From assembly GCA_030765185.1 (NCBI GenBank), contig JAVCDE010000033.1, positions 74,957 to 138,956 of the forward strand: a DNA stretch of 64,000 nt. The letters run 5' to 3'. Both the position numbers and the translations under genes were made by a program. Each line of letters starts with the position of its first letter. Position 1 is the first letter of the stretch. The stretch is from Candidatus Aceula meridiana (GTDB taxonomy: Bacteria; Omnitrophota; Gorgyraeia; Zapsychrales; Aceulaceae). This document shows positions 1 through 9,855 of the stretch, piece by piece. The notes below the pieces were generated by a model. That model worked only from the letters and a program-made list of their open reading frames with translations. It was not told the DNA's origin and did no database searches.

Positions 1-160
1 CAATTCCTGTTAACTGCTGATATTGATTTGCGAGTTTTTCGAAAGTGTCTTGGCGGTCGGTCATCCAATGCCAAACAGTTATCGTGTTTGAATTGGTATT
101 TTGCATACAACCGAAAAGAAAGAAACAACATAGACAAAATAGAAAAATCTTGAGTTTCAT
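1..160 (-). CDS. Sugar ABC transporter substrate-binding lipoprotein, N-terminal fragment (gene runs off the window start)
   Basis: Minus-strand reading from the ATG at complement 158-160 gives MKLKIFLFCLCCFFLFGCMQNTNSNTITVWHW... This is a lipoprotein signal peptide with an LFGC lipobox followed by the ITVWHW opening typical of family-1 sugar-binding proteins. It is not in the ORF track because the visible part is under 60 aa. Confidence 0.5.
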   Translation of the reverse strand, partial: MKLKIFLFCLCCFFLFGCMQNTNSNTITVWHWMTDRQDTFEKLANQYQQLTGI

Positions 161-344
161 TTAGCTTCCTTAATGAGATAGATACTTTAGGTTGGTAAGG
201 ACTCAAGTCAACTGAAACATGAAACAAAAGTATATCATGACTGATAATTCTTGTCAAAATGATAAATATAATAATAAATAATATTATTATATATGCCAAA
301 TACAAAAAACAATAAAATCCTAAACTATTGGAAATAAAGAAGTT

Positions 345-2786
345 TTAACCGAGAATAACTTTAACTTGGTGGGTTTTCTTATCACCTGTTACGGGGAGCA
401 GATTACCCTTGATTTCTCTTCCATCAAAAATAATCTTCTTAACGCCACTGGTCTTGCCCTTGGGATTTAAAATTTCAATATTATAAATACTACCGCGGAA
501 AGGCCTGCGGATAGAATATTTCTTCCATTTCTTAGGAATAGCCGGGTCAACGCGCAAACCGTTAAATTCACGTCTCACGCCTAAAAGCCATTCAGTGGCT
601 GCCATAAAATTCCAGCCAGCCGTTCCGGTAATCCAGGTAAAAGCTCCTTCACCATAACGGTAAGGATTTTGAGGACCAGCCAAATATTCCGCATAAGCAT
701 AAGGCTCTGTCTTATAAAGTTCCATGTCTTTCTGAGAATTCGGCATAATCTTTTTCATCGCCTCATAAGCCTTATCCCCTAAACCACTCATCGCGTAAGC
801 GACAGCCATAAAAGTAGCCGCGTGACAAAAAACCGCGGCGTTTTCTTTAGTCCCTTCAGAAAACATGCTAATGCGGCCCAAACGCTTTACCCAAGAAGAA
901 TAAGCCGGAGCAAACAATGCTAATCCATGCGGCCCATTCAAATGCTTATCAACAGATTTTAAAACCTTTTCTTTTCTTTTACCTTTAGCCACACCGGCGA
1001 GAACAGCCCATGATTGCGAGTTCAAGAAAATCTTACCCTCTTTATCTTTGTGGCTCCCGTAAACCTGGCCATTATCATCAAATCCACGAGAATACCAATT
1101 GCCATCCCAGCCTTTTGTGTTAATTCTTTTATCCATGGTATCAGCCATTTTTGCATATTTCCTGACTTTTACTTTTTCACCAACAAAATCACAAAGCTCG
1201 GATAAAATGCGAAGCGATCTCACTAAAGCCTGAGCCAACCAAACGCTTTCTCCCTTATGCTTAATACCGGCAGCATCAATAGCATCATTCCAGTCGGCAT
1301 GCCCAATCAATGGAAATCCTTTTTGGCCAACATCATTAAAACAAAATGTTAAATTCTTCTCTAAGTGTTCTAAAAGAGTTCCTGTGCCGTCTTTCTTGGT
1401 ACCACCTTTCCACTTTAAATCAACATGCCACCCACCGGACCATTTATCTTTGATATAAGAAACTTCTTTATAAAGAATGTTTGTGTCACCTGTTTCTTTA
1501 ACATAAGCGCTTACCGTTGTGGTCAACCAAATCTGATGGTCTTTGTTAGGCAAAAATTTATGCGGCCCAGATTCAGACCAGCCCGGGGCAGAAGTTCCAT
1601 CTCGACGAATCAGCGACGCAATCTTTAGAATTTTTTGACGTGTTAACTTTTCATCAATGGAAACAATGGCCTCAGAATCCTGACAAGAATCACGATAACC
1701 TCTTCCTCCTGAGCCTTCATGGAAAAAGCTTGGCGACCGTGACCATAAATTACAAATGTATGTCTGATATTTCAGCCAAACATTGACCATCGTGTTAAGG
1801 TCTTTGTCTGGTGTCTGAATCTCAATATTATCAACAATCCTTTTTTGCCAAATGTCTTTTGTTCTTTGCAATTCCTTCTTGGCATAAGAAACTTTTTTAT
1901 AATTGCGCAATATTTTTCGAACATCAGCAGTCTTATCTGTCTGCCCTAAAACCACAACAAATTCTTTAGTTTCGCCTGCCTTTAAGGTTACGTTATGCTT
2001 AAACGCGCCAATACCATCTTCGCCTGAACAAATATGAAAATCCTTAAACTTCCCTTTTACAACAGCGTCGGGGTTTTCCTCGGTATTATAACGTCCAACA
2101 AAAGCCTTTTTCTGCGTGCAAGCACCTGCGACTGGCAAAGAAGAGGCAAAAAATACAAGGCTGTCAAAAGGCTGAATGTTCATCCCCTGCCACTGAGCAG
2201 TCTTTTTAGCAAAAATTGATTTTTGTTTTTTATCGAACCAAATACGGTTGTAAAGATTCATAATATTGCGGTAGCGCAGCTCTTCATGATAATCACCTAA
2301 AAGAAATTCTACATAAGGAAAGACTTCGAGCTTTTTTGTTTTCTTGGTGTTATTTGCCAATTTAACAATCCAGGCCTCGCAATTATCATTTTCGGGAACA
2401 AAATAAGTAACTTCTGAATTAACGCCATTGTTTTTAGATTCGATAGTTGTATATCCGAGTCCGTGGCGGCATTGATACGAAGTAGGCTTCGTGCGCAAAG
2501 GTTGATACGTCAAAGACCATGCTTTGTTAGCTTCACGGACAAATATATATTTGCCTGGGCGGTCTAACTGATAGTCTTCTGGGTGCCAACGGGTCAGACG
2601 GTTTATGCGGCAATCCTTATAAAAGCTATATCCACCGGCACATTGCGAAATAATAGCGCAATATTTTTCATTTGTAAGGTAATTAATCCAAGGAAAAGGC
2701 GTATCTGGGCGTGTAATGATATATTCGAGATTATCTTTTGAGAAATGACCGTATTTCATAATTCCTTGTATATCCTTTATTTTCAA
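345..2786 (-). CDS. GH94-family glycoside phosphorylase (cellobiose/cellodextrin/chitobiose phosphorylase-like)
   Basis: 813 aa. N-terminus ...YIITRPDTPFPWINYLTNEKY... matches the hallmark start of cellobiose phosphorylase-type enzymes. Substrate cannot be assigned from sequence alone. Confidence 0.75.
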   Translation of the reverse strand: MKIKDIQGIMKYGHFSKDNLEYIITRPDTPFPWINYLTNEKYCAIISQCAGGYSFYKDCRINRLTRWHPEDYQLDRPGKYIFVREANKAWSLTYQPLRTKPTSYQCRHGLGYTTIESKNNGVNSEVTYFVPENDNCEAWIVKLANNTKKTKKLEVFPYVEFLLGDYHEELRYRNIMNLYNRIWFDKKQKSIFAKKTAQWQGMNIQPFDSLVFFASSLPVAGACTQKKAFVGRYNTEENPDAVVKGKFKDFHICSGEDGIGAFKHNVTLKAGETKEFVVVLGQTDKTADVRKILRNYKKVSYAKKELQRTKDIWQKRIVDNIEIQTPDKDLNTMVNVWLKYQTYICNLWSRSPSFFHEGSGGRGYRDSCQDSEAIVSIDEKLTRQKILKIASLIRRDGTSAPGWSESGPHKFLPNKDHQIWLTTTVSAYVKETGDTNILYKEVSYIKDKWSGGWHVDLKWKGGTKKDGTGTLLEHLEKNLTFCFNDVGQKGFPLIGHADWNDAIDAAGIKHKGESVWLAQALVRSLRILSELCDFVGEKVKVRKYAKMADTMDKRINTKGWDGNWYSRGFDDNGQVYGSHKDKEGKIFLNSQSWAVLAGVAKGKRKEKVLKSVDKHLNGPHGLALFAPAYSSWVKRLGRISMFSEGTKENAAVFCHAATFMAVAYAMSGLGDKAYEAMKKIMPNSQKDMELYKTEPYAYAEYLAGPQNPYRYGEGAFTWITGTAGWNFMAATEWLLGVRREFNGLRVDPAIPKKWKKYSIRRPFRGSIYNIEILNPKGKTSGVKKIIFDGREIKGNLLPVTGDKKTHQVKVILG

Positions 2787-2879
2787 TTAGATTCAAATGG
2801 AAATAAATCGAGAATGAAGTTTAACATGGCCGCAAGGGTGCGGTCAAGATTTTTGTTACTTTAATAGAGAAGAAAAATC

Positions 2880-3212
2880 TTACGCTGGAGTGGTGAGAAT
2901 TCGGCTAGTCTGCATTAAATTTATCTTGTTAAATTGAATGCCGACTTTCCAAAAAAGAGGGTCTTCCTTGCCGACCCAAACAACTTCTCCCTTAACTTCT
3001 AAAGGTTGAACGCTATTAGGATACTCAAAAAGAAGAGAAAGCTGATCATTTAAGAAAACTTCTTCGGTGCTTAAAATATTCGCCCCTTCAGCAGAAAGGT
3101 TTTTAACCAAAACACTTCTTTCCTGGTCAGAATTCTCTTTTCTTATGCGGCTAGGAAGCTCTGCGCTAAGCCTCTCAAATATGCGCTGATCTTCCGCAAC
3201 ATGCTGCGACAT
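2880..3212 (-). CDS. PilZ-domain protein (putative c-di-GMP receptor)
   Basis: 110 aa. RxxxR-like stretch (RLSAELPSRIRK) followed by an N-L-S-A-E-G (DxSxGG-like) motif and a small beta-barrel-like C-terminus. Confidence 0.55.
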   Translation of the reverse strand: MSQHVAEDQRIFERLSAELPSRIRKENSDQERSVLVKNLSAEGANILSTEEVFLNDQLSLLFEYPNSVQPLEVKGEVVWVGKEDPLFWKVGIQFNKINLMQTSRILTTPA

Positions 3213-3273
3213 ATGATACTCTCTTTCTCCGTGGCGTAATTATTCCTAAGATTGGTGGGGTTTTCTTAGGTCT

Positions 3274-3588
3274 TTATTCGTGAAAATAGCTCTCAATGCG
3301 CGACTGTGCTGTTTCAGAAATATCCGGAAAAGTCATGCCGATTCTATAGGTTGAAGCTTTTACAGCTTTTTCAACCCATTTAACTTTTCCCTGAATTAAC
3401 ACAGGCTCTCCATCGCGCGCAAGAGAAATCTCTATCATCATCTTGGTGTTAATAGGGATAAATCGCGCGGAAACAAAACCAACGCCTGACTTGCTAATGT
3501 CGATCGTCTGACTCTGCCCTAGCGTCTCCTTCTTTTCATCCAGTAAAGGAACTTGACAATCATATCTTGCAGCGATCCTTTTTTCCAT
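3274..3588 (-). CDS. PilZ-domain protein (second copy, tandem to the previous one)
   Basis: 104 aa. N-terminal R-rich motif (RIAARYDCQVP) plus DISKSGVGF (DxSxGG). Confidence 0.55.
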   Translation of the reverse strand: MEKRIAARYDCQVPLLDEKKETLGQSQTIDISKSGVGFVSARFIPINTKMMIEISLARDGEPVLIQGKVKWVEKAVKASTYRIGMTFPDISETAQSRIESYFHE

Positions 3589-3790
3589 TATAAACCATCC
3601 ATTTTATTAGAATTAAAACGTTTATTTCTCCCGCGTGGCTTCGTGGCTAAGGTAAATATAACATATGCTTTGCGAATTATCAAGGTCTTGTTTGCTAAAA
3701 AAGTAAGAAAATAAAACTTATTGATTCCCCTTAAAACCCGTGCTATATTAAATTTTCAAAATTAACAACTTTCTCGAAAGATTTACTAAA

Positions 3791-4048
3791 ATGACCGAAA
3801 AAACTCAAGAACAAGAACACCAGGATTCTCAATCCCCAAAAAAGATTCTGCCAAAAGATCAAGAGCAAGTTAGCTTTAAGGAATACGAAGATCTAAGGAA
3901 AAGAGAAATCGAAAAACGTAAAAAGAAGAAAAAAGCTCCTCCAATAGTTAATACAATTTGCAACATCTTTTACTTTATCTTAGCCGCCATTGGACTTTTT
4001 TTTATGGGATATTTTGCTTTCGCGATGATAACTACTCCCGCTAAATAA
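3791..4048 (+). CDS. Hypothetical small protein with a Lys/Glu-rich N-terminus and a C-terminal transmembrane helix
   Basis: 85-aa ORF. Charged low-complexity N-terminal half, then a hydrophobic segment ICNIFYFILAAIGLFFMGYFAFAMI. No family recognised. Confidence 0.3.
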   Translation: MTEKTQEQEHQDSQSPKKILPKDQEQVSFKEYEDLRKREIEKRKKKKKAPPIVNTICNIFYFILAAIGLFFMGYFAFAMITTPAK

Positions 4049-4067
4049 AGTTCTCGCTACCTAAACT

Positions 4068-4379
4068 TTACAAATCGATATATTTCTGAAGGCTATCAGC
4101 AAGGTCATTACACCCCATTTTTCTTAACTTCTCAACTTGTTGGCGAGCCCTGTGCTTATTGTTATTTGAAAGATAAAAAGTCCCAAGTTCCCAATAATGC
4201 TCAGGGACACCCGGTTGAATCCGGATAATTTCCTTATAAATCTCCTCTGCCCGCTCCATACTGGCATTATTTTTTGCAGCATTGGCCTTTGCCGAAAGAA
4301 AAGCAATCTCCATCTTCTCGCAAGAACAAAACGTAAAGCTCAACAATAAAATTAAAAAAACAAAGAATATCTTTTTCAT
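4068..4379 (-). CDS. Hypothetical lipoprotein
   Basis: 103 aa. Signal peptide ending FTFCSC (lipobox-like), then an alpha-helical soluble region. Confidence 0.4.
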   Translation of the reverse strand: MKKIFFVFLILLLSFTFCSCEKMEIAFLSAKANAAKNNASMERAEEIYKEIIRIQPGVPEHYWELGTFYLSNNNKHRARQQVEKLRKMGCNDLADSLQKYIDL

Positions 4380-4490
4380 ACAAACCCCCTCTTTTATTTT
4401 ATCAGTACTTTTGCTCCTTACTTCTTGAATCCTATATTTTTTTAAGATATAGTAATTAATAATTACTTAGAAAGACCTCAAAAAAATATT

Positions 4491-5267
4491 ATGATTAATA
4501 ACGTCGATATTATTATAACCCTTATTCTTCTTTATGTCTCCTTTATCGGATGGCAAAAAGGCATTGTTCGTCTTTGCATCGGATTCTTTTCATTTATAGC
4601 AGCAAGTTTTATCGCTGGTATTTATTTTACGCAGACACACAATATCGCTCATACCATATTTGCCTTCTTTATCGGTTCTTTTATCCTTTCTCTTCTTCTA
4701 TCTAAAGGGCTTGCATCCTGGAATAAAAAAGTTTCCGGCGGAAAACCACCGTTCATCCTGAGCAGACTTTTGGGAGTTGCTCTTATTACAACTTGGATGG
4801 GGTCATTGGCGGGCTTAACTCTTTTTGCTGTTTCTATTCTTCCAGTCAAGGCTTCTTTCTTTCAAAATGCAAAAAATGCTGTTTTGAATTCCAAGTCCTA
4901 TGCCTTAATAGAGCAATATGTTTTTAAAGAAGTTCCTGCTATAGAAAGAATTTCTCTTCTAGCTTCAATCAGTGAAGGCGAAAGCGATGAAGCCTTCCCC
5001 ATCAGCCAAAAACAAATTGAAGAAATTCGCTCATCTAAGGAATTTAAAGCAATTCATGAAAGCGAAACTATGCAAAAAATGCTCCAAGACGAGGATCTGA
5101 TGAAAAAAATACAAAACAAAGACATCACCGGCATCATCTCTGACCCAAAGATGCAAGAGCTTCTTCAAGACAAACAATTTATCGCAGACCTTCAAAGTCT
5201 CTACGGCGGACTTCTTCAGCAAGGCATTTCCCAGGATTCAACCCAGGAATTTCCATCTAAATTTTAA
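4491..5267 (+). CDS. cvpA: CvpA-family membrane protein with a polar C-terminal extension
   Basis: 258 aa. The N-terminus MINNVDIIITLILLYVSFIGWQKGIVR and four hydrophobic segments are typical of colicin V production protein CvpA. The C-terminal ~100 aa is hydrophilic. Confidence 0.5.
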   Translation: MINNVDIIITLILLYVSFIGWQKGIVRLCIGFFSFIAASFIAGIYFTQTHNIAHTIFAFFIGSFILSLLLSKGLASWNKKVSGGKPPFILSRLLGVALITTWMGSLAGLTLFAVSILPVKASFFQNAKNAVLNSKSYALIEQYVFKEVPAIERISLLASISEGESDEAFPISQKQIEEIRSSKEFKAIHESETMQKMLQDEDLMKKIQNKDITGIISDPKMQELLQDKQFIADLQSLYGGLLQQGISQDSTQEFPSKF

Positions 5268-5424
5268 CCCGAAATTTGCATTTAAACATTCTTATTCTAT
5301 CGGTAATGTAAAAATAGATAAATGCAAAACACCTTTGGCTCCGCCTAGGCGGACAAGTCGTAACAAGTTGCGGCGGTGCGACCTTTCAGATGGATTTTGC
5401 TTTAGCAGAATCCAGGTTTAATTC

Positions 5425-6825
5425 TTATTTTCCAACACAAAAAGACGAAAAAATTTTATCGATAAGGTCATTGTCGATATCTTTCCCGGTGATTTGATCA
5501 AGAAGGCTTATGGCAAGCTTGATTTCTTCAGAAATAAATTCCAAAGAAAGATTTTGAGAAAAATGCTCTTGGGCTTTTTCAAGAGCTGTTAAACATTTTT
5601 TAAGTGATTCAATCTGGCGAAGATTACTAATGAGAATTTTTGGGGTTTCAAGCCGCTTTCCGTGCAAAGCATTTTCGACAATCATTTCCTCGAGGGGATT
5701 AATACCTTGTTTTTCAAGAGCAGAGATTTTCGCCATCTTAAAATTAGGGAGGAGCTTTCTAAAAGCCCCTTCGTCAATTTTGGTAGGACAATCACATTTA
5801 TTTAAAACAATAATAACATTTTTATCTTTAATTCTATTCGCAAGATTAATATCTTCTTGTGAAATTTCCTGCGAAGCATCAAAGAGGAGTAAAATAATTT
5901 CCGCTTGATCAATATAAAGATGACTGCGTTTGACAGCCTCCTCTTCTATAGAATCTCGTGGATCCAAGATACCGGCAGTATCAATAAGCTGTAAAGGGAT
6001 GCCTTGAATTTGTGCGGATTCTTCGATAATATCACGTGTCGTTCCTTCGATGTGACTAACAATAGCACGCGGTTGCTTTAAAAAAACATTGAGCAAGGAT
6101 GATTTCCCAACGTTAACCTTGCCACAAATGACGACCTTGATTCCTTCTTTTAAAATACGCCCTTGCTCGCTTGAGGCAAGAAGCGCTTCCACATGCTTTA
6201 GCGCCTCTTTAATATCAATAGATAATTTTTTACGACTTGATGCATCAATATCATCTTCAGGAAAATTAACAACGGCCTCAATCTCGGTATAGGCATCCAT
6301 TAAATATTCGCGAATGGATTCAAGCTCAAGAGTTAAATCACCTTTAAGTTGATTAATACTTAATTTTAAAAAAGCATCTGTTTTAGCACTAATAATATCT
6401 GCCACAGCCTCAGCTTGCGTTAAATCAATGCGTCCGTTTAGAAAAGCTCGCTTAGTGAATTCTCCGGGCTCAGCCAGCCTTGCTCCGTGATCAAGCGTAA
6501 GCATTAAAATCTTTTTTAAAGGAACCGTGCCTCCGTGACAGCTAATCTCAACCACATCTTCGCAGGTATAACTTTTTGGCGCGCGCATCACCGTCAAAAG
6601 AACCTCATCAACAACCTCTTCGGCTTTGCCCTTTCGATTAATAACGCGGCCATAATGAAGCGTAAAAGTTTTAAACTCTGACGGCTTTCTTTCATTAACG
6701 CCAACGAAAATTTCATCGCCAATTGAAAGTGCTTCTTTACCGCTTACGCGGACAATCCCAATGCCTCCTTGGCCGGACGGTGTTGAAATCGCTGCAATCG
6801 TATCTTCTAAGCTGTTTTGATACAT
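5425..6825 (-). CDS. mnmE: tRNA modification GTPase MnmE (TrmE)
   Basis: 466 aa. N-terminal TIAAISTPSGQGGIGIVRVSG, a G-domain with GKVNVGKSSLLN and a C-terminal ...CVGK tetrapeptide, all characteristic of MnmE. Confidence 0.9.
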   Translation of the reverse strand: MYQNSLEDTIAAISTPSGQGGIGIVRVSGKEALSIGDEIFVGVNERKPSEFKTFTLHYGRVINRKGKAEEVVDEVLLTVMRAPKSYTCEDVVEISCHGGTVPLKKILMLTLDHGARLAEPGEFTKRAFLNGRIDLTQAEAVADIISAKTDAFLKLSINQLKGDLTLELESIREYLMDAYTEIEAVVNFPEDDIDASSRKKLSIDIKEALKHVEALLASSEQGRILKEGIKVVICGKVNVGKSSLLNVFLKQPRAIVSHIEGTTRDIIEESAQIQGIPLQLIDTAGILDPRDSIEEEAVKRSHLYIDQAEIILLLFDASQEISQEDINLANRIKDKNVIIVLNKCDCPTKIDEGAFRKLLPNFKMAKISALEKQGINPLEEMIVENALHGKRLETPKILISNLRQIESLKKCLTALEKAQEHFSQNLSLEFISEEIKLAISLLDQITGKDIDNDLIDKIFSSFCVGK

Positions 6826-8153
6826 TTATCCTTTATTTCTCCAATTAAGTAAATTGACCCTGTAACTAAAAGAATATCATCTTCGCTTGAATCTTGTAAG
6901 ACCATTTCAAAAGCTTGGTTTGCATTCTCAATAATTTCGGTTTCTGTTTGCGGAAAAAACTCCTTTGCTTCCTGCAATGAAAACGAATAACTTCGCGAGT
7001 GCTGAGCTTTTGTTAAAATAACTTTTTTTGCTACGTGCGAGAGAGCCTGACAAATACGGATCTTGTCCTTATCATGGCTCAAACCTAATACAACTGTTGC
7101 TTTTTTATCTTTAAAAATTTCTTGATATGTTTTTACCAAAGCCTGCGCCGAGCCTGGCGTATGCGCGCTGTCTAAAATCACAAAAGGATTTTTAGAAACA
7201 ACTTCAAAACGACCTGGCCATCGCGTATTTTTAAGACCCTCTTGTGCTTGAAGCTCTGAAAGCCTTCTGCCTTTTAAGCTCAAAAACCACTCTACCATAG
7301 AAATCGCAATCGCTGCGTTTGCCGCTTGATGTTCTCCTAAAAGGTGGGTCTGCAGACCTACATATTTTGCCTTCGGTGTTTGAACATCAAAGACTTGTCC
7401 ATCAATATTGTGCTGATGAACATCACAAGAAATTTCTTGTCCAAAGATTAAAGGCTTTATATCAAAATCCTGTGCGCGAGCCTTGATGCAATCTAAAACT
7501 ACTTTTTCCTTACTTGAAGCGATAACAGCTTTTGTTTGTCCATTTATAATCGCAACCTTTTCTTGGGCGATATCTTCTAAGCCTGGCCCTAAAATCTCAA
7601 CATGTTCAAAATCAATCGGCATTATTGCACAAATCTTTTCACCAAGTGTATTGGTTGCATCAAGCCTTCCGCCAAGGCCAGTCTCAACAACAACGACATC
7701 AACATTTTCTTTTGCGAAATAATAAAATGCGCACGCAGTTAAAATTTCAAAATACGTTAATGCCTCTACACTTTTATCTGCAGCCGGTTGAACTTGTGCT
7801 ATCAATGCATCAAAATCATCTTGAGAAATTTTTCCTTCAAAAGAATTTTGTTTTTCTGTGGAAGAGGATTTAGAGTTTAGAATTCTGATGCGCTCTTTAA
7901 CATCGATTAAATGCGGCGAGGTATAAAGCCCGACGGTGTAACCAGCTTCCCTTAAAATCGAGGCTGCAAAAGCGCACGTTGACCCCTTCCCTTTTGTCCC
8001 GGCCACATGAAAAGAAAAAAACTTTTGAGTAGGATCCTTAAGTTCGTGCAAAAGCTTATTAACACGCGTAAGGTCAAAAACAGCGTCTTTGGCAATATTT
8101 TTAATTTCGTAATTGGGTAATGTATCTAGGTAAGATTGGGCTGAAAAAGCCAT
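6807..8153 (-). CDS. folC: Folylpolyglutamate synthase / dihydrofolate synthase (Mur ligase family)
   Basis: 448 aa. P-loop HVAGTKGKGST and the ...YTSPHL... motif of FolC. Confidence 0.85.
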   Translation of the reverse strand: MAFSAQSYLDTLPNYEIKNIAKDAVFDLTRVNKLLHELKDPTQKFFSFHVAGTKGKGSTCAFAASILREAGYTVGLYTSPHLIDVKERIRILNSKSSSTEKQNSFEGKISQDDFDALIAQVQPAADKSVEALTYFEILTACAFYYFAKENVDVVVVETGLGGRLDATNTLGEKICAIMPIDFEHVEILGPGLEDIAQEKVAIINGQTKAVIASSKEKVVLDCIKARAQDFDIKPLIFGQEISCDVHQHNIDGQVFDVQTPKAKYVGLQTHLLGEHQAANAAIAISMVEWFLSLKGRRLSELQAQEGLKNTRWPGRFEVVSKNPFVILDSAHTPGSAQALVKTYQEIFKDKKATVVLGLSHDKDKIRICQALSHVAKKVILTKAQHSRSYSFSLQEAKEFFPQTETEIIENANQAFEMVLQDSSEDDILLVTGSIYLIGEIKDKCIKTA

Positions 8154-8298
8154 CAGGTTTTAACCCGTGTTTTGTATTAGTAAAATTGTTTTTAAAACTT
8201 GAACCATGTAGAATTCAGGATTAACCCTGAACCGAACTACGTTCTGGTTCAAATTTGCGATAAAGATATTTTTCTAAATTTCTATTACAAATTTCGGG

Positions 8299-9855
8299 TT
8301 AATGTTTAAAGTGACGGACGCCTGTTGTGATCATCATTATTTTACGTTTATCTGCTTCCTGGATAACATCTTTATCGGCAATAGAACCACCAGTTTGAAT
8401 AATAGCCTTGATTCCAGCCTTGGCAGCAATTTGAATATTGTCGACTTTAGGGATAAAAGCATCTGAGACAAGAAACGCGCCCTTAGCATCTTTGCCGGCT
8501 TTATTAATAGCAATGCCTACGCTTCCGACCCGGGAGGTCTGACCGCAGCCAATACCGACAGTGCGCTTGCCTTTAACGAGAATGATCGCGTTTGATTTAA
8601 TGTTTTTAACAATTTTCCAGCCAAACAGCAAGGATTCAAGTTGGGCCTTGGTAGGCTTTTTCTTGGTTACAGCTTTAAGATCTTTTAAGCTAACTTGGGC
8701 TCTATCTTCATCTTGTAAAAGGACGCCGCCTTTGACTTTTTTAAAATCAAAATCATTTGGCTTTATTGCTTTAAAGTCAAAAACCATCACGCGTAAATTT
8801 TTCTTCTCTTTAAGTGCTTTAAGAGCCTTTGCCTCGTATCCAGGTGCGATGACACATTCCATAAATCCACTTTTAACAATAAGCGATGCTGTTTTAAGAT
8901 TAACCTTGCGGTTTAAGCCGATGATGCCGCCAAAAGCCGAAAGCTTGTCACAGGACCAAGCCATTTTATAAGCTTTAGATAAATCGCTATCTTGGGCAAC
9001 GCCTGTTGGATTATTATGCTTGATGACAACAGCTGCCGGTTGCGTAAAATCACGAATTACTTCTACAGCATTGTTGAGATCTAAAATATTATTATAAGAG
9101 AGTTCTTTGCCGTGAAGCTGTTTCATCTTGGCTAAACCGTTTAAGCTTTCACTCTCACGGTAAAAAGCAGCAGACTGATGCGGATTCTCACCATAGCGAA
9201 GATCTGCAACTTTTGAAAAACGCATAACAAGGTCTCTAGGAAGCGAAGAAAAATCAGCATTCTTAAGGCGGTTATTTAAGAATGTGTAAATAATGCCGTC
9301 ATAACGGGCAGTGTGCTCAAAAGCCTCAACAGCCAAGTTAACCAAAAGCCTATCAGGCAAAATACCGCTGTTGGCATCAAGTTCTTCTAAAATATTTTTA
9401 TAACGCTCAGGATTGCAGACAACTGCCACATGCTTAAAATTTTTAGCGGCCGAGCGCAGCATCGAAGGCCCACCGATATCAATGTTTTCGATGGCTTCTT
9501 CTAAGGTCACATTCTTTTTTTGGATAACTTTTTCGAAAGGATAGAGATTAATGATAACCAAATCGATAAGGCCGATGTTGTGATCGGCAATTTGCTGCAT
9601 ATGCTTAGAGTTGTCTCGAACGGCTAAAAGCCCGCCGTGAATCGCAGGATGTAAAGTCTTAACGCGGCCGTCAAGCATTTCCGGAAAACCGGTATAATCC
9701 GAAACTTCTTTAACGCTTAAGCCTGAATTCCTTAAAAGCTTAGCTGTGCCACCTGTTGAGATAATCTCAATATTAAATTTTTTAAGGCCCTTGGCAAACT
9801 CGGCCAAGCCGGTCTTGTCAGATACGCTAATAAGGGCACGTTTGACTTTAAGCAT
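8299..9855 (-). CDS. purH: Bifunctional AICAR transformylase / IMP cyclohydrolase
   Basis: 518 aa. N-terminal KRALISVSDKTGL...STGGTAKLL is the MGS-like domain of PurH. The AICARFT domain follows. Confidence 0.9.
   Translation of the reverse strand: MLKVKRALISVSDKTGLAEFAKGLKKFNIEIISTGGTAKLLRNSGLSVKEVSDYTGFPEMLDGRVKTLHPAIHGGLLAVRDNSKHMQQIADHNIGLIDLVIINLYPFEKVIQKKNVTLEEAIENIDIGGPSMLRSAAKNFKHVAVVCNPERYKNILEELDANSGILPDRLLVNLAVEAFEHTARYDGIIYTFLNNRLKNADFSSLPRDLVMRFSKVADLRYGENPHQSAAFYRESESLNGLAKMKQLHGKELSYNNILDLNNAVEVIRDFTQPAAVVIKHNNPTGVAQDSDLSKAYKMAWSCDKLSAFGGIIGLNRKVNLKTASLIVKSGFMECVIAPGYEAKALKALKEKKNLRVMVFDFKAIKPNDFDFKKVKGGVLLQDEDRAQVSLKDLKAVTKKKPTKAQLESLLFGWKIVKNIKSNAIILVKGKRTVGIGCGQTSRVGSVGIAINKAGKDAKGAFLVSDAFIPKVDNIQIAAKAGIKAIIQTGGSIADKDVIQEADKRKIMMITTGVRHFKH

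Noticed and set aside
1014-1628. Short plus-strand ORFs (63-67 aa) from the track lying inside the GH94 gene. Similar antisense ORFs appear inside folC, purH, NRAMP, treS, glgE and others (e.g. 7483-7873, 8561-8971, 13137-13459, 57391-57970).
   Set aside because: All lie entirely within and antisense to long, well-supported genes. They have low-complexity composition and no recognisable motifs. They are treated as shadow ORFs.
5341-5352. Perfect 12-nt palindrome CCGCCTAGGCGG between mnmE and cvpA. It could be a tiny terminator hairpin or a restriction/methylation-type site.
   Set aside because: The stem is only 4-5 bp with no convincing U-tract on either strand. A single occurrence cannot be tested as a motif.
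5354-5368. 13-nt exact identity (AAGTCGTAACAAG) to the universally conserved 3' region of 16S rRNA (the 1492R primer site), in the mnmE-cvpA convergent spacer.
   Set aside because: Flanking sequence diverges immediately on both sides (…TTGCGGCGGTGCGACC rather than GTAGCCGTAGGGGAACC), and there is no rRNA-like sequence anywhere nearby. It is treated as a chance match or remnant, not an rRNA gene.
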